This document shows, piece by piece, positions 44,557 through 54,061 of a stretch of 64,000 bases of DNA. Below the pieces are notes generated by a model. The model was not told the DNA's origin. It saw nothing but the letters and a program-made list of their open reading frames with translations, and made no database searches. Both the position numbers and the translations under genes were made by a program. Every line of letters begins with the position of its first letter. Position 1 is the stretch's first letter. Source of the DNA: Candidatus Dormibacteria bacterium (GTDB lineage Bacteria; Chloroflexota; Dormibacteria; Aeolococcales; Bog-877); contig JBOHUM010000007.1 of assembly GCA_050734515.1 (NCBI GenBank), positions 3,764-67,763 on the forward strand. The letters are read 5' to 3'.

Positions 44557-45558
44557 TTGGCACCTCTACTCGAGATCGACAGCCTCAAGACCTACATCCG
44601 GCAAAGACGCGCCGAGGTCAAGGCGGTGGACGGCGTGTCGCTCACCATCGAGGAGGGGGAGACGCTGGGCCTGGTGGGAGAGTCGGGCTGCGGCAAGACC
44701 ATGACGGGGATGTCGATCATGCGCCTGCTGCCGACCGGCGGTTACATCGCCTCGGGCAGCATCAAGCTGGACGGCCGCGACCTGGTGCCCCTGAACGACA
44801 AGCAGATGCGCCTGATCCGGGGCAACGAGGTGGCCGTCATCTTCCAGGACCCGATGACTTCTCTCAACCCCACCATGCAGGTGGGGGACCAGATCGCGGA
44901 GTCGGTCCGCATCCACCGCCATGCCTCCAAGCGGGACGCTTTGCAACGGGCCGAGGAGGTGCTGGGCTTGGTGGGCATGCCCCGGCCCAAAGAGCGACTC
45001 AAGGACTACCCGCACCAGCTCTCTGGGGGCCTGCGCCAGCGGGTGATGATTGCCATGGCGCTCGCCTGCGAGCCCAAGCTGCTGATCGCCGACGAGCCCA
45101 CCACCGCCCTCGACGTGACCATCCAGCTCCAGATCCTGGAGCTGCTCTACGACTTGAAGCAGCGGCTGCGGATGGCGGTGCTGCTCATCACCCACGACAT
45201 GGGGGTGATCGCCGGCCGGGCGGACCGGGTCATGGTCATGTACGCCGGCAAGATCGTGGAGTCGGCCTCCACCGTCGATCTGTTCGAAAACATGCACCAT
45301 CCCTACACTGAGGCCCTGCTGGCCTCCATCCCCCGGCTGGAGCAGCGCACCGACGCCCCGCTCTACACCATCCCCGGACTCCCCCCCGACCTCACCCACC
45401 CGCCAGCGTGGTGCCGCTTCCAGCCGCGCTGCCGCTACGCCACCAATCGCTGCCGCGAGGAGGAGCCGCTGCTCAGCGGCGGCAACGGGACCGGGCACCA
45501 GTACGCGTGCTTCAACCCGGTCGCCCGGGGCGTGTCCCAGCTGGAGTCGCTGACGTGA
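44557..45558 (+). CDS. Peptide/nickel (Opp/Dpp-type) ABC transporter ATP-binding protein
   Basis: Walker A GESGCGKT, signature LSGGLRQR and the C-terminal oligopeptide-ATPase extension ([10 protein letters not shown]). Start uncertain: TTG 44557 is proposed ([10 protein letters not shown]...) and the track start is 44491. Confidence 0.85.
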   Translation: MAPLLEIDSLKTYIRQRRAEVKAVDGVSLTIEEGETLGLVGESGCGKTMTGMSIMRLLPTGGYIASGSIKLDGRDLVPLNDKQMRLIRGNEVAVIFQDPMTSLNPTMQVGDQIAESVRIHRHASKRDALQRAEEVLGLVGMPRPKERLKDYPHQLSGGLRQRVMIAMALACEPKLLIADEPTTALDVTIQLQILELLYDLKQRLRMAVLLITHDMGVIAGRADRVMVMYAGKIVESASTVDLFENMHHPYTEALLASIPRLEQRTDAPLYTIPGLPPDLTHPPAWCRFQPRCRYATNRCREEEPLLSGGNGTGHQYACFNPVARGVSQLESLT

Positions 45559-45580
45559 GTGGGGCTGGCGGGCTGGACCG

Positions 45581-46618
45581 ATGACGGCAGCCGTGGCTCA
45601 GGAGGAGCAGAGCCAGGTCGCCGATCGCTCCGACTTCCTCCAGCTCCGGCACGTGGTCAAGGAGTTCCCGGTCACCGCCGGGGCGGTGCTGCAGCGGCGG
45701 ATCGGAAGCGTGAAGGCGGTCTCGGACGTCTCCTTCAACATCGCCAAGGGCGAGACCTTCGGGCTGGTGGGCGAGTCCGGCTGCGGCAAGACCACCATCG
45801 GCCGGCTCATCGTGGGCTTGGAGTCGACCACCGCGGGCGAGATCGTCTTCGACGGCACCGAGATCTCCAAGCTGCACGGGGCCACGCTGCGCCGGCGCCG
45901 GCGCGATATGCAGCTCATGTTCCAGGACCCCTACGCTTCCTTGAACCCCCGGATGCGGGTGGGGACCATCATCCGTGAGCCGCTGGTGGTCCAGAAGATT
46001 GGGACCAAGCCGGAGCAGGAGTCTCGCGTGCGCCAACTGCTCCAGGAGGTGGGACTGAGCCCCCGCTCCACCGGCCTCTATCCGCACGAGTTCTCCGGCG
46101 GCCAGCGCCAGCGCATCGGCCTGGCCCGGGCCCTGGCGCTCAACCCCAAGCTGATCGTGGCCGACGAGCCGGTCTCGGCCCTTGATGTCTCCATCCGCTC
46201 CCAGATCCTCAACCTGATGAACAGCCTCCAGGAGGCCCACGACCTCACCTACCTGGTGATCTCGCACGACCTCTCGGTGGTCAAGTACCTCTCCGACCGC
46301 ATCGGCGTTATGTACCTGGGCAAGCTGGTCGAGCTGGCGCCCAGTCACGACATCTATGAGAAGCCGGCCCACCCCTACACCCTGGGCCTGATCAACGCCA
46401 TCCCCGAGCCCAACCCCTCCCGGGAGCGGGAGAAGGGCACCAACCCGATCAAGGGCGAACTGCCTTCGGCGCTGAACCCGCCTTCGGGCTGCCGGTTCCG
46501 CACCCGCTGCCCCCGCGCCCAGCAGCTCTGCGCGGACCAGGAACCGCCCCTGGTGTCCTTCGGCACCGGCCACCTGGCCGCCTGCCACTTCCCGCTCCAG
46601 ACGCCAGCCGCAGCCTGA
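45581..46618 (+). CDS. Peptide/nickel (Opp/Dpp-type) ABC transporter ATP-binding protein
   Basis: Walker [10 protein letters not shown], signature FSGGQRQR and a C-terminal CRFRTRCPRA motif. Confidence 0.88.
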   Translation: MTAAVAQEEQSQVADRSDFLQLRHVVKEFPVTAGAVLQRRIGSVKAVSDVSFNIAKGETFGLVGESGCGKTTIGRLIVGLESTTAGEIVFDGTEISKLHGATLRRRRRDMQLMFQDPYASLNPRMRVGTIIREPLVVQKIGTKPEQESRVRQLLQEVGLSPRSTGLYPHEFSGGQRQRIGLARALALNPKLIVADEPVSALDVSIRSQILNLMNSLQEAHDLTYLVISHDLSVVKYLSDRIGVMYLGKLVELAPSHDIYEKPAHPYTLGLINAIPEPNPSREREKGTNPIKGELPSALNPPSGCRFRTRCPRAQQLCADQEPPLVSFGTGHLAACHFPLQTPAAA

Positions 46619-46708
46619 TCGGCTTCGACGTCACCCTGACATCGAGCCCGGCATCGTAGCGGCGGCCCTTCTCTGGGACCCGCCCTGCGGAGGAGTCCGG
46701 AGGTGGGC

Positions 46709-47641
46709 TCAGCGCTGCTGGAGACGGACCTCGAGTGCGTCGCGGAGGGCGTCACCGACGAAGTTGAAAGCGACCACGGTCAGGACTATGGCGATGCCCG
46801 CCGGGTAGAGCAGCCACCAGTAGCCGTCGTAGACATAGTTGGTGCCGTTGGAGAGCTGGTCGCCCCAGTTGGTGGCGGGGGGCGCGATCCCCAGCCCCAG
46901 GAAGCTCAGCACCGCCACCGCGTTGATGGCGTCGGCCACCTGGAATGTGGCGTTGACGACGATCGTCCCCATGGCACTCGGGATGATGTGGCGGAACAGT
47001 ATTCGCCTGGTGTTGCCGCCCATCACCTTGACGGCCTGCACGTAGTCCCGCACCCGCAGGGTCAGGGTTTCGCCGCGAACAAGCCGAGCCGGCACCAGCC
47101 ACGCCACCAGCCCGATGGCGACGATCAACTCGAGGACCGAGGGCGTGAAGATCGTGCCCAGGATGATGACCAGGAACAGGAAGGGGATCGCCAGCATGGC
47201 ATCGACGATCCTCATCATGATCGCGTCGATGACACCTCCCGCAAGCCCTGCGATCGCTCCCCACACGGCACCGAGCGTGACCGCGACCAGAGCGGCGGCG
47301 ATGCCGATCTCCAAGGACGTTTGGCCTCCGAGCATCAGCCGGCCGAGGTTGTCGTAGCCAACGTCGGTCGTGCCCATGAGATGGGCGAACGACGGCGCCT
47401 GGTCATTGATGTTGGGGTTGTTGATCACCTGCGGCGTCTGGTAGATCAGTGGTCCGACGAAGCTGAACAGGATCATGAAGATGATGATTCCGACGCCAGC
47501 CACCGCGAGCTTGTTCTCCAGGAAGACCGCCAGCATCATCCGCCAGATGGAGCCGCTGCTGTAACCCTCTCCTCCCTCGGGGCCTATGCCCTGAGCTGCG
47601 CCGACTCCCTCGACCAGCCCGGCTTCCATGCCCAAGCTCAT
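46709..47641 (-). CDS. Opp/Dpp-type ABC transporter permease (OppC-like)
   Basis: 310 aa with about 6 TM helices and a BPD-transporter EAA-like loop (VKVMGGNTRRILFRHIIPS). Confidence 0.85.
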   Translation of the reverse strand: MSLGMEAGLVEGVGAAQGIGPEGGEGYSSGSIWRMMLAVFLENKLAVAGVGIIIFMILFSFVGPLIYQTPQVINNPNINDQAPSFAHLMGTTDVGYDNLGRLMLGGQTSLEIGIAAALVAVTLGAVWGAIAGLAGGVIDAIMMRIVDAMLAIPFLFLVIILGTIFTPSVLELIVAIGLVAWLVPARLVRGETLTLRVRDYVQAVKVMGGNTRRILFRHIIPSAMGTIVVNATFQVADAINAVAVLSFLGLGIAPPATNWGDQLSNGTNYVYDGYWWLLYPAGIAIVLTVVAFNFVGDALRDALEVRLQQR

Positions 47642-47696
47642 CGCGACCCACCTCGCGCACCGGCGGTTTTGGCGGTTGACGGACCCGGTCGCAAGT

Positions 47697-48638
47697 TCAC
47701 GACACGTACCGGATGCGGGGATCGGCCACCGCGTACAGGATGTCGGCGACCAGGGACCCGATGACGGTTGCGATCCCGACTACAAAGGTCACCCCCAGCA
47801 GGACGGGAAAGTCCGCCGTCACCGCGGCGTTGACAAAGAGGTAGCCCATCCCCGGGTAATTGAATACCGACTCGGTCACAACCGCCCCGCTAAGGATGCC
47901 GGGGATGCTGAGCCCTATCAGGGTCAACACTGGGATTAGGGCGTTGCGCAGCACGTGTTTGAAGAGGATGACCCGACTGGAGACGCCCTTGGCCTTGGCG
48001 GTGCGGACGTAGTCCTGCACCAGGTTCTCCAGCATCGAGCTCCGCATGTAGCGGCTGAAAAGAGCCACCGTGACCAGCGTCAGGGTCATGACTGGCAGAA
48101 CCAGGGCGTTCAGCTGTGAGAAGAGATTGCCCTGGGACTGTGGCGCCTCGCCCGGCAGCCAGCCCAATTGAGCGCTGAAGAGGATGATCAGCAGCAACCC
48201 CAGCCAGAAGGTGGGCATGGAGTAGAAGATGAAGGAGAGCCCAGTCGCGATGTAGTCATCGGGCCGGTTCCGCCGCACCGCCTGCATGATCCCCAGTGGG
48301 ATCGCCAGCACGATCGCCAGCACGGTCGAGGTGCCGACCAGGAGCAGGGTGTTGGGCAGCCGCTGTGCCAGCAGGCCCGCCACCGAGTTGTTCTGCCTGT
48401 AGGAATGGCCCAGGTTCCACTGGAGCAGGTTCCAGAGCCAGTGGAGGTACTGCACCGGCAGGGGAAGGTTGAGCCCCAGTTGCTGGGTCAGGGCCTTGAC
48501 GTTGGCCGGGCTATGCCGGGGCCCGAGGATCTGGACGACCGGGTTTCCGAGCATATGCAGCAGGATGAAGGTGATGATCGTGACGCCGATCACTACGATC
48601 ACCGCCTGCAGGAGCCGCCGGATCAGGTACCCGATCAT
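47697..48638 (-). CDS. Opp/Dpp-type ABC transporter permease (OppB-like)
   Basis: 313 aa with the N-terminus MIGYLIRRLLQAVIVVIGVTIITF, typical of OppB/DppB, and the loop YVRTAKAKGVSSRVILFKHVLRNALIP. Confidence 0.88.
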   Translation of the reverse strand: MIGYLIRRLLQAVIVVIGVTIITFILLHMLGNPVVQILGPRHSPANVKALTQQLGLNLPLPVQYLHWLWNLLQWNLGHSYRQNNSVAGLLAQRLPNTLLLVGTSTVLAIVLAIPLGIMQAVRRNRPDDYIATGLSFIFYSMPTFWLGLLLIILFSAQLGWLPGEAPQSQGNLFSQLNALVLPVMTLTLVTVALFSRYMRSSMLENLVQDYVRTAKAKGVSSRVILFKHVLRNALIPVLTLIGLSIPGILSGAVVTESVFNYPGMGYLFVNAAVTADFPVLLGVTFVVGIATVIGSLVADILYAVADPRIRYVS

Positions 48639-48743
48639 CGGTTTCTCCCAGTCACACCCAGCGCCGAGACGGCTTTAGGGCCCCCCCGGGCCTAGGGCCG
48701 CCCACCCCGGAAGGGTGGGCGGCCTTCGGCGTCAGATCAGTTG

Positions 48744-50636
48744 CTAGTAGCTGTAGTCCGAGGGGTAGATCTCGTCGAACACACCTTGGGGCACGAAGCC
48801 CTTGAGGTTGCTCTTGTACATCGTCAACTGGTAGGGCGTGGTGGGCATCCACACCACCGGCAGCTGCTTGGCCAAGTAGTTCTCGTAAGAATCCAAGGCC
48901 TTGATCTCACCCGCCGAGGTGGCGTTGGTGTTGGTGGCCTTGATCAGCCGGTTGGCCACCGGGTCGTTGTAGTAGCCGGGGTTGGAGCTGGCTCCGGTCT
49001 GGAAGAGCTCCTCGCCGGTCGGGAAGTAGTCGGGCGAGTAGACCCAGCCGCCGCCCCAGTTGCCCATGTCCCAGTTGCTGCAGGGACTGCTGGCGGAGCA
49101 GGCCGAGCCGAAGGTGACCGAGATCACCTGTCCGAAGGGAGCCGTCGAGAGCGCCAGCTGGATGCCGGCCACCGAGGCTTCAGTCGACTTCATGGCCTCC
49201 ATCTCCTGGGTCAAGGCGGTCGAGCCGCTGGCGTAGAGGAGACGGAAGGAGAGCTGGGCCCCCGCAGCGATCCCGGCGCCGCAGTCAGTGCTGCCGCTGC
49301 CGGGCCGGGTGCAACTGGAGGTGCCACCGGGCACCACCTTCCAGCCGTGGTCCTTGAGCAGGGCCACTGCCTTGGTCGGGTTGTAGGGGTAGACCTGGCC
49401 CGTCGACTCCAGCTTGGTCAGGTCGGCGTTGTGCTGGGGATACGTCGGCACCGGGCCGTTGGTGATTTGGGCAATGCCGGCGAGGAACCGGCTGCGGTAC
49501 TCAGGCTGGTTGACCAAGTCCTGGAACGCCTGGCGGAAGTAGAGCTGCTTCATGATCGGGCCCGTGGTGGGCTCGGTGAAGTTGTAGGGGAAGTAGGTGA
49601 TCCCGAAGCTGAACCAAGGGTTGAACGCGTACCCGTGGTGCTCCATGTAGCCCTTCTGGGCAATGTCCTGCGTTGGGATGTAGCCAATCGTCAGGTCCCC
49701 GGCCCGGAGCTCGTTGAACTCCGCGGTGTCGGTGGTGAAGGGGATCTCCTCGAAGACGCTGATCTTGGGCTTGTTGGGTCCTGAGTACTTGGTGTTGGGC
49801 ACCATCTTCACGAACCCGGCGGTCGTGTAGCTGGCCAGCTTGAACGAACCGTCGACCACCTTCCAGAGCGGGTTGCTGGCGTAGGTCGCGGTGTCCTCGG
49901 ACTGGAGGTTGATGAACTGGGCCACGCCCAGGGCACCCGTGGTTCCCGTCCCGACCCCCTGCTGGTCGTAGTTGCCGACCGGGCTGGAGGCCGTGAGCTT
50001 GTCCCAGGAGTGCTGGGGCATGGGGGTGATCTGGCTCAGCTCGTTGTAGAGGAACCAGGTCGGGTCATAGGAAGCGTTGAGATGGAAGACCACGCTGTAG
50101 GTGCCGGTCGCCTGGTAGCTGACCACGTTGTCGGGGAAGCCACCGGGGACGTAGGCGCCCCAGCCGGGTCCCGGCGCGTTGGCGCTGCCCACGCCGGCGG
50201 CCCCAGACGAGACCGAGGCCTTGAGCAGGTTCATCCAGAAGACCACGTCGCGGGAGGTGATCGGATGGCCGTCAGACCAGACCCAGTGCTTCATGGTCAC
50301 GGTCACGGTCTGGTCGTTGTTCGACCACTTGGGGGCATTGGCGATGCTGAGCCCTGAGTTGTACTTGGGCTGCCCGTTGTCGCCAAACCAGTAGAGCGGC
50401 ACGTACATGATCTCGGAGAAGTCCGAGAGGTTGGTGACGCTGAACCATGAGCCGGCGGTTAGTGGGGAGATGTACTGCGGGGGCGCCCCCGGCCCCTCGG
50501 CGAAGGTCACCGTGCCTCCGCCCTTGGCGGGCGACTTCGCCCCATTGGTGATGCTCCCGCAGGCCGTGAGCAGGAGCGCCGCTACCGCGACCCCCCCTAC
50601 TCCTCGCCAGAACGAGAGCTTTGGAAACTTACTCAC
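48744..50636 (-). CDS. ABC transporter substrate-binding lipoprotein, family 5 (peptide/nickel type)
   Basis: 630 aa with a GTG start and signal peptide with lipobox LLTAC. SBP_bac_5-like body. GC is markedly lower than in the surrounding genes. Confidence 0.82.
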   Translation of the reverse strand: MSKFPKLSFWRGVGGVAVAALLLTACGSITNGAKSPAKGGGTVTFAEGPGAPPQYISPLTAGSWFSVTNLSDFSEIMYVPLYWFGDNGQPKYNSGLSIANAPKWSNNDQTVTVTMKHWVWSDGHPITSRDVVFWMNLLKASVSSGAAGVGSANAPGPGWGAYVPGGFPDNVVSYQATGTYSVVFHLNASYDPTWFLYNELSQITPMPQHSWDKLTASSPVGNYDQQGVGTGTTGALGVAQFINLQSEDTATYASNPLWKVVDGSFKLASYTTAGFVKMVPNTKYSGPNKPKISVFEEIPFTTDTAEFNELRAGDLTIGYIPTQDIAQKGYMEHHGYAFNPWFSFGITYFPYNFTEPTTGPIMKQLYFRQAFQDLVNQPEYRSRFLAGIAQITNGPVPTYPQHNADLTKLESTGQVYPYNPTKAVALLKDHGWKVVPGGTSSCTRPGSGSTDCGAGIAAGAQLSFRLLYASGSTALTQEMEAMKSTEASVAGIQLALSTAPFGQVISVTFGSACSASSPCSNWDMGNWGGGWVYSPDYFPTGEELFQTGASSNPGYYNDPVANRLIKATNTNATSAGEIKALDSYENYLAKQLPVVWMPTTPYQLTMYKSNLKGFVPQGVFDEIYPSDYSY

Positions 50637-50725
50637 TGCCCTGTGGACCCTCCTAGTTGGTCGATCGCTCTTGGACCCCCGGGAGGCACAAGTCCTCCAA
50701 GGAGCCTGCTCCTAGCAGTAGGGGC

Positions 50726-50755
50726 ATCTTAGGGAGCGGGTCAGGGCGATGTCAT
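50726..50755 (-). promoter_or_regulatory. Candidate promoter for the SBP-permease operon
   Basis: The reverse strand reads ATGACA (50755..50750), an 18-nt spacer, then TAAGAT (50731..50726), about 90 nt upstream of GTG 50636. Confidence 0.3.
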
Positions 50756-51390
50756 CACCCAGTGGGGTGATTCGGGACCGGCTCTGCCTCCGCCCGCTCC
50801 ACCGGCAGCCCGAAGCGCCAGGCCCGGAGCACTGCTCCGGCGCGGTCAGCCGCCCCCAGCTTGTTGAGGATGTGGCTGACGTGGGTCTTGACCGTGTTCT
50901 CGCTGAGGAACAGCCGCTGGGCGATCTCCCGGTTGGCCATCTCCGCCGCCATGCACTGCAGGACCTCGAGTTCGCGGCGGCTGAGGGGCGCCCGCTCCGC
51001 GGTCGGGGTGTGCTCGAGGAGCGACTCCCCGGCGGCCACCCGCCGGATGGACTCCACCAGCTCCGCCCGGCCGACGTCCTTGAGCAGGTAGCCCTGGGCG
51101 CCGGCCTTGAGGCTGGGCACCACGTAGTTCTCGTGCCCGAAGGTGGTCAGCATCACCACCTTGGCGGAGGGCAGCTGGTGCCGGATCCGGCGTAGGGCCT
51201 CGATCCCGTCGACTCCCGCCATCTGCACGTCCATCAGGACCACGTCCGGCTGCGAGTCCACCGTCTTGGCGACGGCCTCTGCGCCGTCGGCGGCGTCAGC
51301 CACGACTTCGATGTCGGGCTCGATGTCGAGCATGGCACAGAGCCCCTGGCGCACCACCGGATGGTCGTCAGCCACCAGCACCCGGATCAC
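50755..51390 (-). CDS. NarL/LuxR-family response regulator
   Basis: Receiver domain (IRVLVADDHPVVRQGL...DVVLMDVQMAGVDG) plus a LuxR HTH (LSRRELEVLQCMAAEMANREIAQRLFLSENTVKTHV). GTG 51390 overlaps the kinase stop as GTGA. Confidence 0.88.
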   Translation of the reverse strand: MIRVLVADDHPVVRQGLCAMLDIEPDIEVVADAADGAEAVAKTVDSQPDVVLMDVQMAGVDGIEALRRIRHQLPSAKVVMLTTFGHENYVVPSLKAGAQGYLLKDVGRAELVESIRRVAAGESLLEHTPTAERAPLSRRELEVLQCMAAEMANREIAQRLFLSENTVKTHVSHILNKLGAADRAGAVLRAWRFGLPVERAEAEPVPNHPTG

Positions 51391-53972
51391 GGCCGCGCCT
51401 CGCTGGCCAGCGTGTCCGAGTAGGGCACCTCCAAGGTCACAACCGTGCCCTTGCCCGGGGCGCTCTCGACCGCGACCGTGCCGCCGCAAGCGTGGGCTCG
51501 CTCCCGCATGGAGGTGATGCCGAAGGCGCCGACCCTGCGGGGGTGGGAGGGGTCGAAGCCCCGGCCGTCGTCGGTCACCGTCACCCGCAGGTGCCCGTCC
51601 TCCCTGGCCACCTCCACCGCCAGGCGGGTGGGCTGGGCATGGTGGAGCGAGTTGGCCACCGCCTCCTGGACGATGCGGAACACGGACACCTCGGTGGGCG
51701 CCTCCATGCGCAGTTGGCGAAGGCCTCGGAGCCGCACTGAGGTCTTGACCCCGGTGCGCTCCTGGGTCCGGGCCAGCTCCTCCCGCAGCGCGCCGGCTAG
51801 GCCCCCGCGCTGGAGCACCTCGGGCCGCAGGGCCCAGACCGACCGCCGCGCCTCCTGGAGGCTGGAGCGGGCGAGCGCGGTGGCATTGCCCAAGGCCTGC
51901 TGGGAGCGGTTGGGCGCCCGGTCCAGCCAGGCCTCAGCGGCCTGGAGTTGGATGATGATCCCGGCCAGCCCCTGGGCCAGCGTGTCGTGGATCTCGCGCG
52001 CGATCCGGTTGCGCTCGTTGATGGTGGCCATCTCCTGGGTGTCGACGAACAGCTGGGCGTTGCGCAGCGCCATCGCCAGCTGGCCGCCCACCACCTTGAG
52101 CAGCTCCAGCTGGCGCGGCTCCACCGGACTGGCGTGGCGGAGCGCCAGCACGCCCACCTGGGAGCCCGCCGCCGAGAGCGGGACCACGATCACGCCCTGG
52201 GCCTGAACTGGATCTCCCCCCAGTTCCCCCAGTTTCTTGATCGCGCCGCTGAGGTCGCTCTCGCCGGCGCCCGCCCCCCGTGATCCTTGAGCGCCGCCCA
52301 CCGGGCGCAGACCGTCTCGGGCCATCCGGTCAACGAGGTAGACGGCCACCTCGTCATCGCCCCAGAGCCCCTGCAGCTGGTGAGCGGCGGTTTCGGCGAC
52401 GTCGACGACCACCAGGGAGCGGCTCATCTCGTTGGAGAGGGTGTTGAGCGTCCCCAGCTCCTGGTTGCGGCGGCGCAGCTCCGCGGTGCGGGACTCGACT
52501 CGCTGCTCGAGCTCCTGCTGGGCGGTCTCGATCTGGTCGCGCTGATGCGCGAGGCGGTGGCGCATCTCCTCCAGGGCGCCCTCCAGTGTCCCGATCTCGT
52601 CCACGGGGCCGGCCGAGGTGGGCACCGGGGTGAGCAGGTCGCCGGCGGCGATCCGCCCCGATGCGGCAGTCAGGGAGGAGAGGGGCCGCAGCAGGCGCCG
52701 GGTGAGGACGTTGGTCACCCCGACCGCGAGCAGGGCCAGCACCAGCAACACCGGGAGCAGCAGGGCAGTGACGCCGAAGATGCCCCGGCTGATTTGTTGG
52801 GCAAAGGCCACCACCGGACCCTCGAGGCCGGAGACCGGCAGCGCCACCCCCAGGCTCCACTGACTGGCGGGCATGGGGCTGAAGAAGACGTCCACCGGCT
52901 CGCCCGCCAGAGCGATGGTGCGAGTTCCCTGGGCCCCCAGCAGCATCGGCTCGCCGACCTTGCTCCAGGGACTGTGGGCGGAGACCAGGTTGACGGTCTG
53001 GACCTTGTGGTGCTTGGTGTCCAGGCCCAGGTCGCTGGCACCCCCGGAGCCGACGCTGAGCAGGGTGCCGTCGCTGCTGACCAGGAAGGCGTAGCTGCCC
53101 TGGGCGCTGCCCGGCGGCCCGGTGAGGAACTCGCTGATCATGTGGCTGACCGTGATGTTGGCCCCGATCCAGAAGGTCTGGCCGTCGGCGGCGGTCCCGG
53201 TGGTGATGGCACTGACGGTGGCCCCGCCCAGGACCGGGTTGTTGTAGTCGGCGGTCCAGACCTGGTCCTGGTCGGGAGCCGGCACCAGGCGGCTCCAGTG
53301 GGAGTTGGGGTTGTGAACCGCGGCCTCCTGCCGCACTAGCGCCTCCTGGTAGTAGCGCTCCGGGGGCAAGAGCTGCCGGTAGTCGGCCCGGCTGGCGCTG
53401 GGGATCGCGGTCCCGGGAGCCACCGCCAGCAACCCGGTCTGGGGCAGCTGGACCCAGACACAGGTCACCTCGGTGTGGTTGTTGAAGATCGTCGCCAGCT
53501 GGCTCCCCAGGGTGCTCAGGGAGCGGGCCTGCGGGGAACTCGCCTGGTCGGTGGCCCCCGGCCCGAAGATGGCGACCCCGGAGGACTCGGAGGCGGGAAC
53601 CGGCTGTCCCGGAGGCTGGACCAGTGCCGTGCCCGCCGAGTCGGCCACCAGGGCCAGGTCCTCCTGGATCGATTGCAGCTCGTTGTTGACGATCGCCGCC
53701 TTGCTCTGAACCAGGTCCGCCAGGTGCAGGCCCTGGGAGGACTCGAGCTGGCGGCTGGCGCTGTTGAGCGCGCCGCTGTTGAGCCCGGAGAGGGCCACCA
53801 GGCCGGCGGAGGCAAAGATGGCCAGCGGGATCACCGAGACCGCCAGCATGGCCACCAAGATGCGCCGCCGGATGCTGAGCCGGGCCCAGCTGCCGAGTCG
53901 GGCCACGGGCCGCAGCCAGCGCCCGAGCAGGGCGCCGCCAAAGTTCAATCTGGCCATGTGTCTCCTAGCCAC
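51387..53972 (-). CDS. Sensor histidine kinase (extracytoplasmic Cache-like domain, HAMP, GAF, HisKA_3, HATPase)
   Basis: 861 aa with two TM helices flanking an extracytoplasmic domain of about 330 aa. It has a HAMP region, a GAF-like region, the H-box ERNRIAREIHDTLAQ and an ATPase domain. Confidence 0.85.
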   Translation of the reverse strand: MARRHMARLNFGGALLGRWLRPVARLGSWARLSIRRRILVAMLAVSVIPLAIFASAGLVALSGLNSGALNSASRQLESSQGLHLADLVQSKAAIVNNELQSIQEDLALVADSAGTALVQPPGQPVPASESSGVAIFGPGATDQASSPQARSLSTLGSQLATIFNNHTEVTCVWVQLPQTGLLAVAPGTAIPSASRADYRQLLPPERYYQEALVRQEAAVHNPNSHWSRLVPAPDQDQVWTADYNNPVLGGATVSAITTGTAADGQTFWIGANITVSHMISEFLTGPPGSAQGSYAFLVSSDGTLLSVGSGGASDLGLDTKHHKVQTVNLVSAHSPWSKVGEPMLLGAQGTRTIALAGEPVDVFFSPMPASQWSLGVALPVSGLEGPVVAFAQQISRGIFGVTALLLPVLLVLALLAVGVTNVLTRRLLRPLSSLTAASGRIAAGDLLTPVPTSAGPVDEIGTLEGALEEMRHRLAHQRDQIETAQQELEQRVESRTAELRRRNQELGTLNTLSNEMSRSLVVVDVAETAAHQLQGLWGDDEVAVYLVDRMARDGLRPVGGAQGSRGAGAGESDLSGAIKKLGELGGDPVQAQGVIVVPLSAAGSQVGVLALRHASPVEPRQLELLKVVGGQLAMALRNAQLFVDTQEMATINERNRIAREIHDTLAQGLAGIIIQLQAAEAWLDRAPNRSQQALGNATALARSSLQEARRSVWALRPEVLQRGGLAGALREELARTQERTGVKTSVRLRGLRQLRMEAPTEVSVFRIVQEAVANSLHHAQPTRLAVEVAREDGHLRVTVTDDGRGFDPSHPRRVGAFGITSMRERAHACGGTVAVESAPGKGTVVTLEVPYSDTLASEARP

Positions 53973-54061
53973 CAGAGTAGGCGCACGGGGCCGCCGGGGG
54001 TGGTGGTTCGGTCGTACCCCATCCGCCGCTCGCAGCTAGCCATCGGTTACATCTGTACACC

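Noticed and set aside
46619-46708. An expected bidirectional terminator between the convergent ABC transporter halves.
   Set aside because: No stable stem-loop with a flanking T or A tract could be found by eye. The best candidate has only 3-5 bp with mismatches.
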